Below are positions 26,837 through 36,600 of a stretch of 53,822 bases of DNA, one piece after another. The position numbers and the translations under genes were made by a program. The stretch is taken from positions 1 through 53,822 of the IMG/VR virus record IMGVR_UViG_3300007522_000026; one strand, written 5' to 3'. The notes below the pieces were generated by a model. The model worked only from the letters and a program-made list of their open reading frames with translations, was not told the DNA's origin and did no database searches. Positions within the stretch are counted from its first letter, which is position 1; each line of letters begins with the position of its first letter. The stretch comes from a virus (taxonomy: Duplodnaviria > Caudoviricetes).

Positions 26837-27829
26837 TTATATCCTTTGTTTGTTTGTTTGTTTGTTTGCTTTTCTTAACTTAAGAAGTTTCTGTATATCA
26901 TCATTACTTGACATACCAGGTAAGCTTTCATCTTTCACTAAAAGTGTTTTTGACTCCTGCGCTGCCTCCTCTTCCACCGCATCAACTTGTAAACTAATAT
27001 CAACAACAAAAGAATCAGCAATATCTTTACATCCCTGCTCCCTCAAGTATAGCATTCTTGGGAAGTCATCGCTAAAGTTTAGATCAAAGATAGCTGGAAG
27101 CGTATTAGTATGATCGTGAACCCACTCAGCTGTACTAGTAGAAGAAGTAACCATATAACGCTTATCAGTCCAACAAGAAACTGAAGCAAGTAGCTTATCT
27201 TCTGATGGGGCTCTATCCTTATCCGCCCAAGGCTCATGGCTCTCGGAAAGAACAACATCTAAAGGAAGATTGGCAGAACCATTTGAACGAATCCAGAATG
27301 ACCCGTCCACATGAGAATGGATTTGCTCAGCGAATCCACCTTGGATATTAGGCTTAATCGTAACATGGTCATCAAATCCACCCGTCTCCTTCAAATGAGT
27401 AATATAAATTATATGCATAGGCAACTCATTTAAACCCCTAAAAACTGCATCCATTCTTTGAGCAATCCAATTCCAATCATCAGCCCGAATATCAGTACGC
27501 CGCTCCTTAGCAAGCTTACCCTGAAGCATCCTACGTTGAAGTTCATCAACAGTATCAACGACAAGAGTTTGGACAGGACCATTAAGAACTTTATGGTCAC
27601 CAAGAAGAATATTCTTTAATTCAAATAATTGATCTTCAGTTTGAATGTCAATATACCTGATACCTCCATGTAAAGACAGAGTAGCCATACCCGGACCAGC
27701 AGAAACCCACAAAGGATTTTTAGCGGTAAGAGCAAACCTAGTTTTACCAACACCCGAAGACCCACCAACAAGAATACGAGCATACTTTGGATACTCGTCA
27801 ACCCCCGATGAATGCATTTGCAAAGTCAT
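26837..27829 (-). CDS. Sak4/AAA_24-like P-loop ATPase
   Basis: GGSSGVGKTRFA, LVVDTVDELQ, IYITHLKE, PNIQG. Confidence 0.85.
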   Translation of the reverse strand: MTLQMHSSGVDEYPKYARILVGGSSGVGKTRFALTAKNPLWVSAGPGMATLSLHGGIRYIDIQTEDQLFELKNILLGDHKVLNGPVQTLVVDTVDELQRRMLQGKLAKERRTDIRADDWNWIAQRMDAVFRGLNELPMHIIYITHLKETGGFDDHVTIKPNIQGGFAEQIHSHVDGSFWIRSNGSANLPLDVVLSESHEPWADKDRAPSEDKLLASVSCWTDKRYMVTSSTSTAEWVHDHTNTLPAIFDLNFSDDFPRMLYLREQGCKDIADSFVVDISLQVDAVEEEAAQESKTLLVKDESLPGMSSNDDIQKLLKLRKANKQTNKQRI

Positions 27830-27857
27830 ATAAGCCTTTCTGTTTTGGAATCAATAT

Positions 27858-27866
27858 ATTATACCA
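27858..27866 (-). promoter_or_regulatory. Extended -10 promoter
   Basis: TGGTATAAT upstream of the Sak4-like gene. Confidence 0.6.
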
Positions 27867-27870
27867 CACA

Positions 27871-29718
27871 TCAGTACACTTTATCTATAGGATCAAAATA
27901 AACTGGACAAATTTCCTGATAAGAACACCAAGAGCAACTATCCCCACTAATGTTAGGAACAAAAACTTCCAAATCAACAGCCCTAGAAATCTGCTCCATA
28001 GACCTATAAAGCCTACCATAATCCAAATCATTATGAGGTGGAATAACAACATCCTGATTCTTCTTAAGATCATACCAAATGGTCTTTCTGGGAATATCCT
28101 TAAACTTCTCCCAAAGCTCCTTACCATTAACCATACCAGGATAATAATCTTCCTGCCCGGGATACCCACACCAGAATTCTTCCTGATAAGAAGCATACTC
28201 GTAAGCCGTATTGCCCGTGAAGTAAACATGTCCATGTCTACGCGCATACCAAGTCTGATTTACTGTACTAGGGCACCATACGATGCCAGTGTAGGAGATT
28301 CTGCTCCTGACAGATTTCTTGGGAATGAAATAATTCTCCTTAGGTTTCAAGGCTAATTCCCAAAATATCCTGCCATCATACCGCCCACCAGAGATATTCC
28401 TTTCCCTTAGAGACGTTCGTATACCCAAAAGACTACAAACCATCTGGAACAAATCAAGTCTACATTTTTCTGATTGTGCAATGGTCTGATTGTCAGTTCC
28501 ACCACCTGAGCCGTCAGCCATAAGTGAAATCTCGTAGAACAACCTTAACTGAGACTCAGTTAAGGTGTTGATAAAATCAGTAGAAACTACTTTCAAAGCA
28601 ACATTGCTGAAATGTGTTAGCACCTCCATAGAGGCTACACGGTTAAGATAAAATCTAGTCACATCCGAGTCGAAAGACTCTCGCCATGCACCATCAGGAA
28701 GAGACCCTGGGGAGTCGCATGATCCACCATTTTTAAGAGAGCTTCTACTTGGTCCGTAGATTGCTTGCAAAGTGGATCGAATTCTCTCCTCATATACAGG
28801 ATTCACCAGAGGCGACTGTGCTAGCGATATAGAGTCACCTGCAACATTGTGGCCCTCAGTCCAAAACCAAGCCACCAACTCTACCATTGCATCTGTGTAC
28901 AATGGAATCGCAGGTAGGTTGGTGACTGTTGCGGCACAAGTGATTTGGTCTGAAGAAGTTAACTCCTCTGAGGTTCTCACCCGCTGTTCCCGTCTACAAT
29001 TTCCTGTTGTCGTAATTAGATGGTTAACAGGCCATCTATGTTCCGCTGTAGTGAGCGAAGAGTGAGCTTTGCCCTCTAACGATACCAAATCTTGATCTGT
29101 TGCATTAAATCTATGCACACTCAGCGCTGGCTGCCACTCTGCGGTCTGAGTGGCCTGATTAAAGGTAAGGACCTCTTCTCCCGGTTGTAGCTGATCATGA
29201 AATATCCATCCTCTCCTGGAGAGTATTTCAGTTTCTTCGTCTGCACAAAACTGGACATCCAATCTAAGATTATCGTTAGTGGGCCTACTTCCAGTTTTCC
29301 AGTCAATAATATCCAAAGAACTAACATCCTTAGGGAAGCTCAAAGCGTCAACAATGCCGCTCAATTGATGCTCACCAATGTCAATCATAAACTTATGCTC
29401 AGAAGCAATAATGTTATTTTCTGTCCAACGATCCTTATAAGCAAAGTCTGTGAGCATGTTTTGCCCCCGATCCTTGTACTGCGTGTAGCTTGAACGCTTA
29501 TTCCAATAGTCCGGCTCACTAGCATTCATATCATAATTAAACTGCTTTAAAGCATCCTCAAGGGTACCACCGTTACCCATTAGCTCTAAAGCAGAATGGA
29601 TGATTGATCCGAACCATGCAGCAGATCCAGTCTGTTGTGGTATCTTATCTATATAATTAAACTTAGATTGAAGACTACACTTGTACCAAGATTTTAGTTG
29701 TGACGCACTGAACTTAAT
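27871..29718 (-). CDS. PD-(D/E)XK Cas4/RecB-like exonuclease containing an intein
   Basis: FSASQL..W.KC, GSIIHSALE, SEHKF, GIVD, IIDWKTG, QF|TAY, C-terminal CSWCSYQEIC; the frame extends 46 codons upstream of the track's ATG, to an ATT at 29718. Confidence 0.85.
   Translation of the reverse strand: MKFSASQLKSWYKCSLQSKFNYIDKIPQQTGSAAWFGSIIHSALELMGNGGTLEDALKQFNYDMNASEPDYWNKRSSYTQYKDRGQNMLTDFAYKDRWTENNIIASEHKFMIDIGEHQLSGIVDALSFPKDVSSLDIIDWKTGSRPTNDNLRLDVQFCADEETEILSRRGWIFHDQLQPGEEVLTFNQATQTAEWQPALSVHRFNATDQDLVSLEGKAHSSLTTAEHRWPVNHLITTTGNCRREQRVRTSEELTSSDQITCAATVTNLPAIPLYTDAMVELVAWFWTEGHNVAGDSISLAQSPLVNPVYEERIRSTLQAIYGPSRSSLKNGGSCDSPGSLPDGAWRESFDSDVTRFYLNRVASMEVLTHFSNVALKVVSTDFINTLTESQLRLFYEISLMADGSGGGTDNQTIAQSEKCRLDLFQMVCSLLGIRTSLRERNISGGRYDGRIFWELALKPKENYFIPKKSVRSRISYTGIVWCPSTVNQTWYARRHGHVYFTGNTAYEYASYQEEFWCGYPGQEDYYPGMVNGKELWEKFKDIPRKTIWYDLKKNQDVVIPPHNDLDYGRLYRSMEQISRAVDLEVFVPNISGDSCSWCSYQEICPVYFDPIDKVY
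28210..29247 (-). mobile_element. Intein (346 aa) with a LAGLIDADG-type endonuclease region
   Basis: Begins CADEETEILSRRGW; block B LTTAEHRW; LVAWFWTEG and LMADGS; ends VWCPST...YFTGN; +1 residue Thr. Confidence 0.92.
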
Positions 29719-29947
29719 TGTTTTCTCCTAACAATTTGAGTAATAAAATAATTTCCTTATCCGAAGCCCCTAAAGCATTAACAATCTTATAGAAAGCCTC
29801 AGCAGAAGGAGCAAGAGTACCACCCTCAACTTTAGACACATAAGACTCTGATAAGTTAACAGACATAGATAAAGACCTAGCAGAAATATTTTTGTTATCC
29901 CTAAGTAGTTTTAACCCATATCTGAAAGCTTCATCTTTTTTCTTCAT
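29714..29947 (-). CDS. XRE-family HTH regulator
   Basis: LKLLRDNKNISARSLS...SESYVSKVEGG...PS. Confidence 0.88.
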   Translation of the reverse strand: MKKKDEAFRYGLKLLRDNKNISARSLSMSVNLSESYVSKVEGGTLAPSAEAFYKIVNALGASDKEIILLLKLLGENN

Positions 29948-30386
29948 TAAATATCAACTCTCTGCTGCACCCAAAACAACTCCATGTTGTACCCTCATAA
30001 AAGCCACCATGTTCCGAAAGGTGTGCGCATTCCAAAGAAAAATCAAACTCTTGTGGCATAGGTATCAGAGCAGCAAGACTGACACCGTAACGGTCATCAA
30101 AGAAACTTATCTTATCTTTCTGAATCCACCCAGCGAGCATATCATCAACTACAACAATTTGTATTTCTGCTTTGGGTTCTTTAGTAAAGTATGCCCAACC
30201 GCTTCTGAAGTTAGAAACCTGCAACTCTGCATCCCTATTTTTTATGTCATTAAAAATGTATGTTCCCGTAATAAGGTTACGTACTGTTGTTTCTAATTTG
30301 TATAAGTCACATATGTTTATGATCCAATCAATTTCTTTTGCGTTTGTTTGTTTGAGTCTTTGGTTCAAACTGTTTTTTAAATCCAT
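29931..30386 (-). CDS. Hypothetical protein with C-terminal CxH...CxxC; probably leaderless
   Basis: ATG lies 6 nt after TATAAT; no SD. Confidence 0.7.
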   Translation of the reverse strand: MDLKNSLNQRLKQTNAKEIDWIINICDLYKLETTVRNLITGTYIFNDIKNRDAELQVSNFRSGWAYFTKEPKAEIQIVVVDDMLAGWIQKDKISFFDDRYGVSLAALIPMPQEFDFSLECAHLSEHGGFYEGTTWSCFGCSRELIFNEEKR

Positions 30387-30392
30387 ATATAT

Positions 30393-30414
30393 ATTATAAC
30401 ATACTTGTATGTCA
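30393..30414 (-). promoter_or_regulatory. Extended -10 promoter overlapped by a palindromic operator
   Basis: TGTTATAAT (30401-30393); near-perfect palindrome TAACATAC-TT-GTATGTCA (30397-30414). Confidence 0.65.
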
Positions 30415-30437
30415 GATACTCCATCGGCTAGGTTTGT

Positions 30438-32831
30438 TCATGTAGGCCCACCGACGGACCAACCGATACCAAGCGGGATTGCGCCAACATTCCAACCGCC
30501 AGCAACGAAGTCAAGGATTTGCTTAACAGTGGTAATAATATAAGTATAATTAGCAGGAGGATATGGTGAGGCTCTATACCCAGATGGACTAACTTCATAT
30601 ATTGAATTGCCAAGTTCTGGAAAATCCTCAAAGCCATAAAAAATCTTTCCTAAAAGATTACCTCTAACAATTGCATGGCCAGCAATCTCCTCTACGTCTT
30701 CTCCAATAGCATTTGTTTGACGCGACCACTGATAAAAAAGATCACCGTACGAATAACTATTTGCGAATGTACCAGCTTTTCTAGGAGTCCAAGTAAGATA
30801 TGCTACTCCACTACCATTAGGTGCAATAGCATTGTTCGTAACAAAGAAAATGCTGTTATAGGTATTTTGGGCAGCAAGAACATTTGCACTTAATGATCCA
30901 CTGTAAACATTAGGTTTACTGATTGCTGTTGCAGTAGCACCTCCGATATTTGTAAATCTGTATTCAAGTTGAACAGGGACACCATCGCTAACGCCTATTA
31001 TCGCTCCGGTGAAGTTGCCTTGTTCGTTGAGAACGGCCACGTTATTTGCGGCTTGCGTAATTGCAACCGGAACACCCTGCTCGTCAGTAAGTTGTCCTGT
31101 TGTAGTTCTTATAAGAATTGGTCTGGTAAGTTCGCATGAAGCCCCAACTGTTACCCAGTGCGAATAATGGTTAAGGCTGCCACCGCCAGAAGGTCTTAAG
31201 AAATCCGACCCTGCTGAATAAATAAAACTCCTACCACCGCTAGTAAAACTAGCAAGATTTCCGCGTCTACCGCCAAAATCATATCCATTCCTAGAGTCGA
31301 TACCTGTATAAAGCTCTATATCTGTATATGGCGGCAAGTACGAAAAATAGATACCACCCGGTTTACCAACTCGTTCGTAATGAAAGTGATTTTGAAGTTG
31401 ACCTGAAGAGTCAATACTAGAGTACAGCTGCGATGGCCCCGCTATACCATCTATACCCGGGTCTTGAGCAAAGGTCGTGGTGGTGTATGCAGTCCTCTTA
31501 TGCCAACTCATCTGAGGTATAACTGACTTATGGTGCCCTTCGAGTTTCAAATTGTTCTTATCAGGATCTACACTGCGTAACCCGGATGACTCAAGCGAGC
31601 GGCCCTCTTGGTCAAATAGAAATTCAATATGGCTCTCATCATAGAAAGGGACCTCGGTGACTACAATCCCATCACGCTCAATTCTAGGATTGCTGACATT
31701 TGGAGCAGGCAGAATAACATCGCCGTCAAATGGGGTAAACCAGCGCAGCGATGGATATGCAGCTTGGGTCCCTAGGTACCCTCCCCCGGTGACCTGTCCG
31801 GTAGCTTGAACATATACATAAGCTTGGAGCACTGCACTCGAATTCTCTGATGATAGGCGACCGGTTCCGGCTAAATCATAATCAACAAAGGTTGAGCCAA
31901 TACCAATACTTAACCAAAAATAAGTGCTAACTACCACATCATTTTCATCATAGCCAAATGCTGTATGTGAATAATCTGGGCGAGCATCTGCATTCGGCCA
32001 TATTTCAGAATCAAGAGCGAGCCAAGCTACATCGTCAGCACTACTATTCTCAACCGCATAGAGTAGATCCCCCCACGGAGCAAAAGAAAATTCTGCAGTT
32101 CCAGTTAGATTACCCACGGAATCGAATATTGAATCAGCTTGGAAGGCGGTCATTGTAATCCAAGCAGGATAAGCACCATCTACCGGGTCGTAAAACACGT
32201 CGTTCCAAGAATCACGCAACACTATTTCCTCATTATTGTAAAGAGGGGTTAAATTTGGGCGAAATCTATTAAAGTGAGCAAAAAGTTCCACACAAGGGGT
32301 TTTAGCAGTTCCCCAATCCGTAGATTCTGGATTAGATCTCCAAAGATCATGGAATGTCTCAGCTGTTTGATAATCATTTAAAGATTCTGCCGGGTAATAA
32401 CGGAAAGTTCTAAAAGTCGACTGTCCCGGGGCTAGCGTAACAGAGCCACCTAATGCGTGCCACCATGCGTGAGGTGTTCCAGAATAGTAAATTCTAAAGC
32501 TGTCATTATTTTCAATGGGCCATGAATCTGTAGCGTGCCATTTATACTCTGGCCCAGTGATAACTGTCTCATTCGTAAAGTTATAAAACTGAAGCGTAAA
32601 CTCAATGGGACCGTTGTCACCAAAGAAGGCTCTCCCAAAGCTCACCCTCTGGTACTGCCTATTACTGACCATTGTTAATTCTTGCGAGTTACGCCAATCT
32701 TCAGATGTAGGATTCTCAATGAATCCATCCCAATAACCTGCGGGTACATGATAAAGACCAAAGCGCTTATACCATCCTAAATACGCTCCTGATCCGTAAT
32801 GACTGCCCGTAACAGTATTGTCAATAGTCAT
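30438..32831 (-). CDS. Minor tail/receptor-binding protein
   Basis: 797 aa, beta-rich and Gly/Tyr/Trp-rich; last gene of the tail operon. Confidence 0.7.
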   Translation of the reverse strand: MTIDNTVTGSHYGSGAYLGWYKRFGLYHVPAGYWDGFIENPTSEDWRNSQELTMVSNRQYQRVSFGRAFFGDNGPIEFTLQFYNFTNETVITGPEYKWHATDSWPIENNDSFRIYYSGTPHAWWHALGGSVTLAPGQSTFRTFRYYPAESLNDYQTAETFHDLWRSNPESTDWGTAKTPCVELFAHFNRFRPNLTPLYNNEEIVLRDSWNDVFYDPVDGAYPAWITMTAFQADSIFDSVGNLTGTAEFSFAPWGDLLYAVENSSADDVAWLALDSEIWPNADARPDYSHTAFGYDENDVVVSTYFWLSIGIGSTFVDYDLAGTGRLSSENSSAVLQAYVYVQATGQVTGGGYLGTQAAYPSLRWFTPFDGDVILPAPNVSNPRIERDGIVVTEVPFYDESHIEFLFDQEGRSLESSGLRSVDPDKNNLKLEGHHKSVIPQMSWHKRTAYTTTTFAQDPGIDGIAGPSQLYSSIDSSGQLQNHFHYERVGKPGGIYFSYLPPYTDIELYTGIDSRNGYDFGGRRGNLASFTSGGRSFIYSAGSDFLRPSGGGSLNHYSHWVTVGASCELTRPILIRTTTGQLTDEQGVPVAITQAANNVAVLNEQGNFTGAIIGVSDGVPVQLEYRFTNIGGATATAISKPNVYSGSLSANVLAAQNTYNSIFFVTNNAIAPNGSGVAYLTWTPRKAGTFANSYSYGDLFYQWSRQTNAIGEDVEEIAGHAIVRGNLLGKIFYGFEDFPELGNSIYEVSPSGYRASPYPPANYTYIITTVKQILDFVAGGWNVGAIPLGIGWSVGGPT

Positions 32832-33238
32832 GAAACTTTCTCACCATACATTTGTAAAACAACATTCTCATGACCCGTAGCAAGAAAAGAAACAACAAAT
32901 ATTCTCTCATAAGGTGCGATAACCTTTGAAGCCATACTGTTATCAATATTAAAAATAACTTTGGTTTTATTAGCAGGCATCCGAATAAGAGCCAACAACT
33001 CATCGTCCTGATACTCTGCTCTCTTAATCACACCAAACGTACAAGTATCATCACCAATAGTTGATGCAGTAACATAACCCTTAGTTAATCTAATCTTTTG
33101 TGGCGGTGAATAGAAACCTGAAATACTAACTTCTATAGGGCCCGAATAAGAAAAAGGTGGTACAGTAACGTTAGTTATTCTCTGAGTAGAGCTTACAGAC
33201 TCTTCATTATATGTAGTATAAAACTTTGTTTTAGCCAT
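32828..33238 (-). CDS. Minor tail protein
   Basis: Position and beta-rich composition. Confidence 0.6.
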   Translation of the reverse strand: MAKTKFYTTYNEESVSSTQRITNVTVPPFSYSGPIEVSISGFYSPPQKIRLTKGYVTASTIGDDTCTFGVIKRAEYQDDELLALIRMPANKTKVIFNIDNSMASKVIAPYERIFVVSFLATGHENVVLQMYGEKVS

Positions 33239-33239
33239 A

Positions 33240-33629
33240 TCAAACCGGATTCGAGAAAGCTAAACCAGTAGCTTTCCAATGCACAATAAACTTGTGGAAA
33301 CTAGGGCCAGTAGAAACTATAGTTATGTTAGCGCCAGTATAATTTCTTTTGAAAGGAGGTACGTCCTCAACAATCCACTTATGAACATAAGCGTTAATAA
33401 TTGGTCTTTCCCCAACTATAATAGAATCATTAGTTTTTAACTCGTAACCAAAAGTCATCCCCGGGACAGTACTAAACTTTACAGGAAAGTATATATCTTT
33501 ACTAGCCTCGCCAGTATTATTTACAGTAAATTTACCAGATACATCACCCTGATTATGTGCCATACTTTCCAAATTTATTGCTCTCTGATTATCATTCCTA
33601 TAATTTCTTCTAAATAATTCTTTATCCAT
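33240..33629 (-). CDS. Minor tail protein
   Basis: IYFPVKFSTVP...VHWKATG resembles tail-fibre C-terminal folds. Confidence 0.6.
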   Translation of the reverse strand: MDKELFRRNYRNDNQRAINLESMAHNQGDVSGKFTVNNTGEASKDIYFPVKFSTVPGMTFGYELKTNDSIIVGERPIINAYVHKWIVEDVPPFKRNYTGANITIVSTGPSFHKFIVHWKATGLAFSNPV

Positions 33630-33639
33630 TGCAATCCTT

Positions 33640-36600
33640 TCAAATAGCTACAATAATAAGTGTATCAGAAACAGAAGTTTGATCAATATTACCACCACTT
33701 AAAGTTACCTTGAGTGCACCGCTACCAGTAGAACTAGCAATACCTTTAATTTTAAAAGTGTAATTCTTAATTGAATTATTGACACCAATGTTTGGTATAG
33801 AAATATATTCATTCACAGGAGCAATTTCAGAGTTGAATATTAGACTGCTACCATCATAGATTTCAATATAAACATAAGATCCAAGAGGAGCAGTTAAAGT
33901 ATTAGTAGTCAATTTGCAATTACCCACTAAAGAGTAAAGCTGTAGAGTCCCATTAAATATCCAACTAGCAGCATTCAGAGCATTAGGTGAAATAAACTCT
34001 TCATTAGAAGGCCAGAATACTATACTGCCACTAGAGACTGAATTAAATAGTATCTCAGGAGAACCAGCAGTACCGCCATCTAAAGAAACAATCAGGGGTG
34101 CTGTATTAATCTCATCAATAGCAGCAAGGTGAGTGCCCCAAGTCGAATCACTATAATCACCATGTAAAGCGATACCATCATAGCCATCAGAATTAGTAAT
34201 AAAGTAATTTAAAGAAGTAATATCTGTGACATCACAACTTGGACCGTAAACCATAATATTATCATTCCAAGCTTTAATAGCAGCATAAACAATATTATAG
34301 AAATTCACATAGTCATCAATCGTATCAAAGTCATAAAGGTTCTTCCAAACTATAACACGATCAGGGTAATAAACAGCATCACCAATACCAGTAACTGGAT
34401 CAATATCACTAGGAGGGAAAATTGTTTGATCAGATAGAATAGCAACGTATGCATCAGCCAACTCACTATACTTAATCGGGTCAGGTGATTCATTACCACC
34501 ACCAACCTGATAGTATGTCGGACAATAACCAAGAGTCATCGTAATGCTCTTGCTGGCCAAACTAGCTAAAGCAAAAGCTGAAGCTAATGAAGTTGCACCG
34601 CCCAAAGCCCATCCTATACCATTACCGTACAGCATAAGATTAACATGTAAAGTATTATCTATATCACCAGTACCAGCAGCACCCAAAGTTTTTGGCTCTA
34701 TACCAAATATAGAAGACCTAGGAAGAGTTTCCGATATTGAATCAAACTCTCCTCTCATAATAGCAAATCTTTCCGTAGAACCTGCCGCAGCAGTAGCAAG
34801 ACCCCTAGACGTTACAGACTGCCATGAATCAACTCTTTCGGATATCGTTACATAAGGATAAGGTGAATTAATTTGTGGGCTATTAGAAATAACCCAATTG
34901 CTTGCATCGCCCAACCAATGTGTTGTCAAATCGTAAGTCCATTCACCGCTATCAAGATTCATTTTAGAATCAACTGCCGTAACCCTATGAATATAAGTTT
35001 CATTAGTATTGCGTTCAATAATTCTAATCTGGTCATCAATAGTTATACAAGGGTTGGCTACACAACTAACTGAACCATTACGCTGTGCAAACCAGGCATG
35101 AATACCGATTAGCTCAGCCATGAGTTGTGCTTCTTCATTATTTTGGAAAAGAGCGGAAACCCACATGGCAGGTTTTTCTATACCTCTAAGTTTCTTTATA
35201 CCAGGCGAAACATATTCATTAGCAACAGGAGGTATGTGTCTAACGTAACCAGTACGAGAAGCATCCTTGGGGTCAGGTAAATCTGTTCCTATAATAATTT
35301 CTGTTCTATCATCGCTACCAGATAGTGTTGCATTATAGCTAAACATGTCAACTGATTCATGTATAACGGGAATAAAAGGTGTAGGTAAAATACTAGTATT
35401 AATAGTTGTTTTAGTATCCCAAACTTTATTAAACCCAGTACCCAAAACTGGATAATAGATAGCTAGATTTCTATCATTTTGTAAACGCAACTGTGAACCA
35501 GGGTACATATAGGTACCAGAGTTCCAAATAGCAACCTTTGAAGCCCAAAGGCCTTTATAGATCACAAGGTTACCATCTGCTTGCATAACAGCATAAGCGC
35601 CAGAATTTCCCCATGTACCAGAATTCCAAATGGGACCAGAAGCAGCAGGAAAATATCTGCCCCAAGTTGTAGCCCCAGCATACATAACAAGGTTACCATC
35701 TGCTTGCATAACTAAGGTTGTGCCATTACAAGATATTTGACTACCCACACGAGTGCCAGCGCCAGATACAACACTTTGTGAAAGATACTGCCCACTAGTA
35801 AGAACTGCGCTAGCAGGTGGCGATCCAATACTAGGTGAGTAATCTTCAGCTACTCTAGTATAGCCACCACTATCATCATATGAAACATAAATAGGTAGAC
35901 CATTCTCATCGAAGTTACCAGCCTGCCACCAGTTAGGGCTAGCAAATTTAAATAATCCTTCTTCAGTAACATAAGCGTTATAACCAACTACTGTAGCAAG
36001 TTCTTTAATAACATCTATAATAGTTTTTTTATCAAACTTTTCACCGGATACTATAGAATCAGTTCTGATAGCAGTACCTTCAAGCATACCATAAACTTCA
36101 GGATCATCAGAACCATTAATACTGGGATTATATAAAGTAAAACCAGACCAAAGAAGCACATCTTTAACAATTTCAGTCCAGTCACCATTGAAATTACCAT
36201 CATGCCAACGGTAACCTGTTTTCCCAGTCCAACCGGGTGAACCCCAAGATTCAGCATTATACTCAAGAACATTACCATTAGCTATAAGAACCCAAAAGCC
36301 TGTACCATCAGGGTCTGGTGCAATGTCCCATACTAGTTGACGGAATAAATAGGTATCTCTAGTTTCTTCAACAACATAACCCTCTTGAGGTTTAAGGTAA
36401 ACATCCTGATTAACGTTTACAGGGCCTTGACCCACAGCATCACCAAAGGAAGCAATATTACCTGTAGGAAAAGTTATCCAATAGCCTTTACCGGTTTTTG
36501 TGCATCGAATAGACCTAGTGTATTCAGTCTTGCTCATATGGAACTGACTTGCCATACCAGCATTATATGTTCTGTTTACTAAACCACCATAATTTTTTGC

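Noticed and set aside
26845-26868. (TTTG)n tract, and (CAA)6 at ~15529-15546
   Set aside because: Most simply unstructured A/C-rich leaders before RBSs; no evidence of phase variation.
27871-29718. Cas4-like gene as part of a CRISPR-Cas system
   Set aside because: No array or other cas genes; the Sak4/SSB context is typical of phage recombination modules.
35560-35715. Repeated DNA in the tail gene as a DGR template/variable pair
   Set aside because: Explained by in-frame QADGNLV lectin repeats; no reverse transcriptase in the window.
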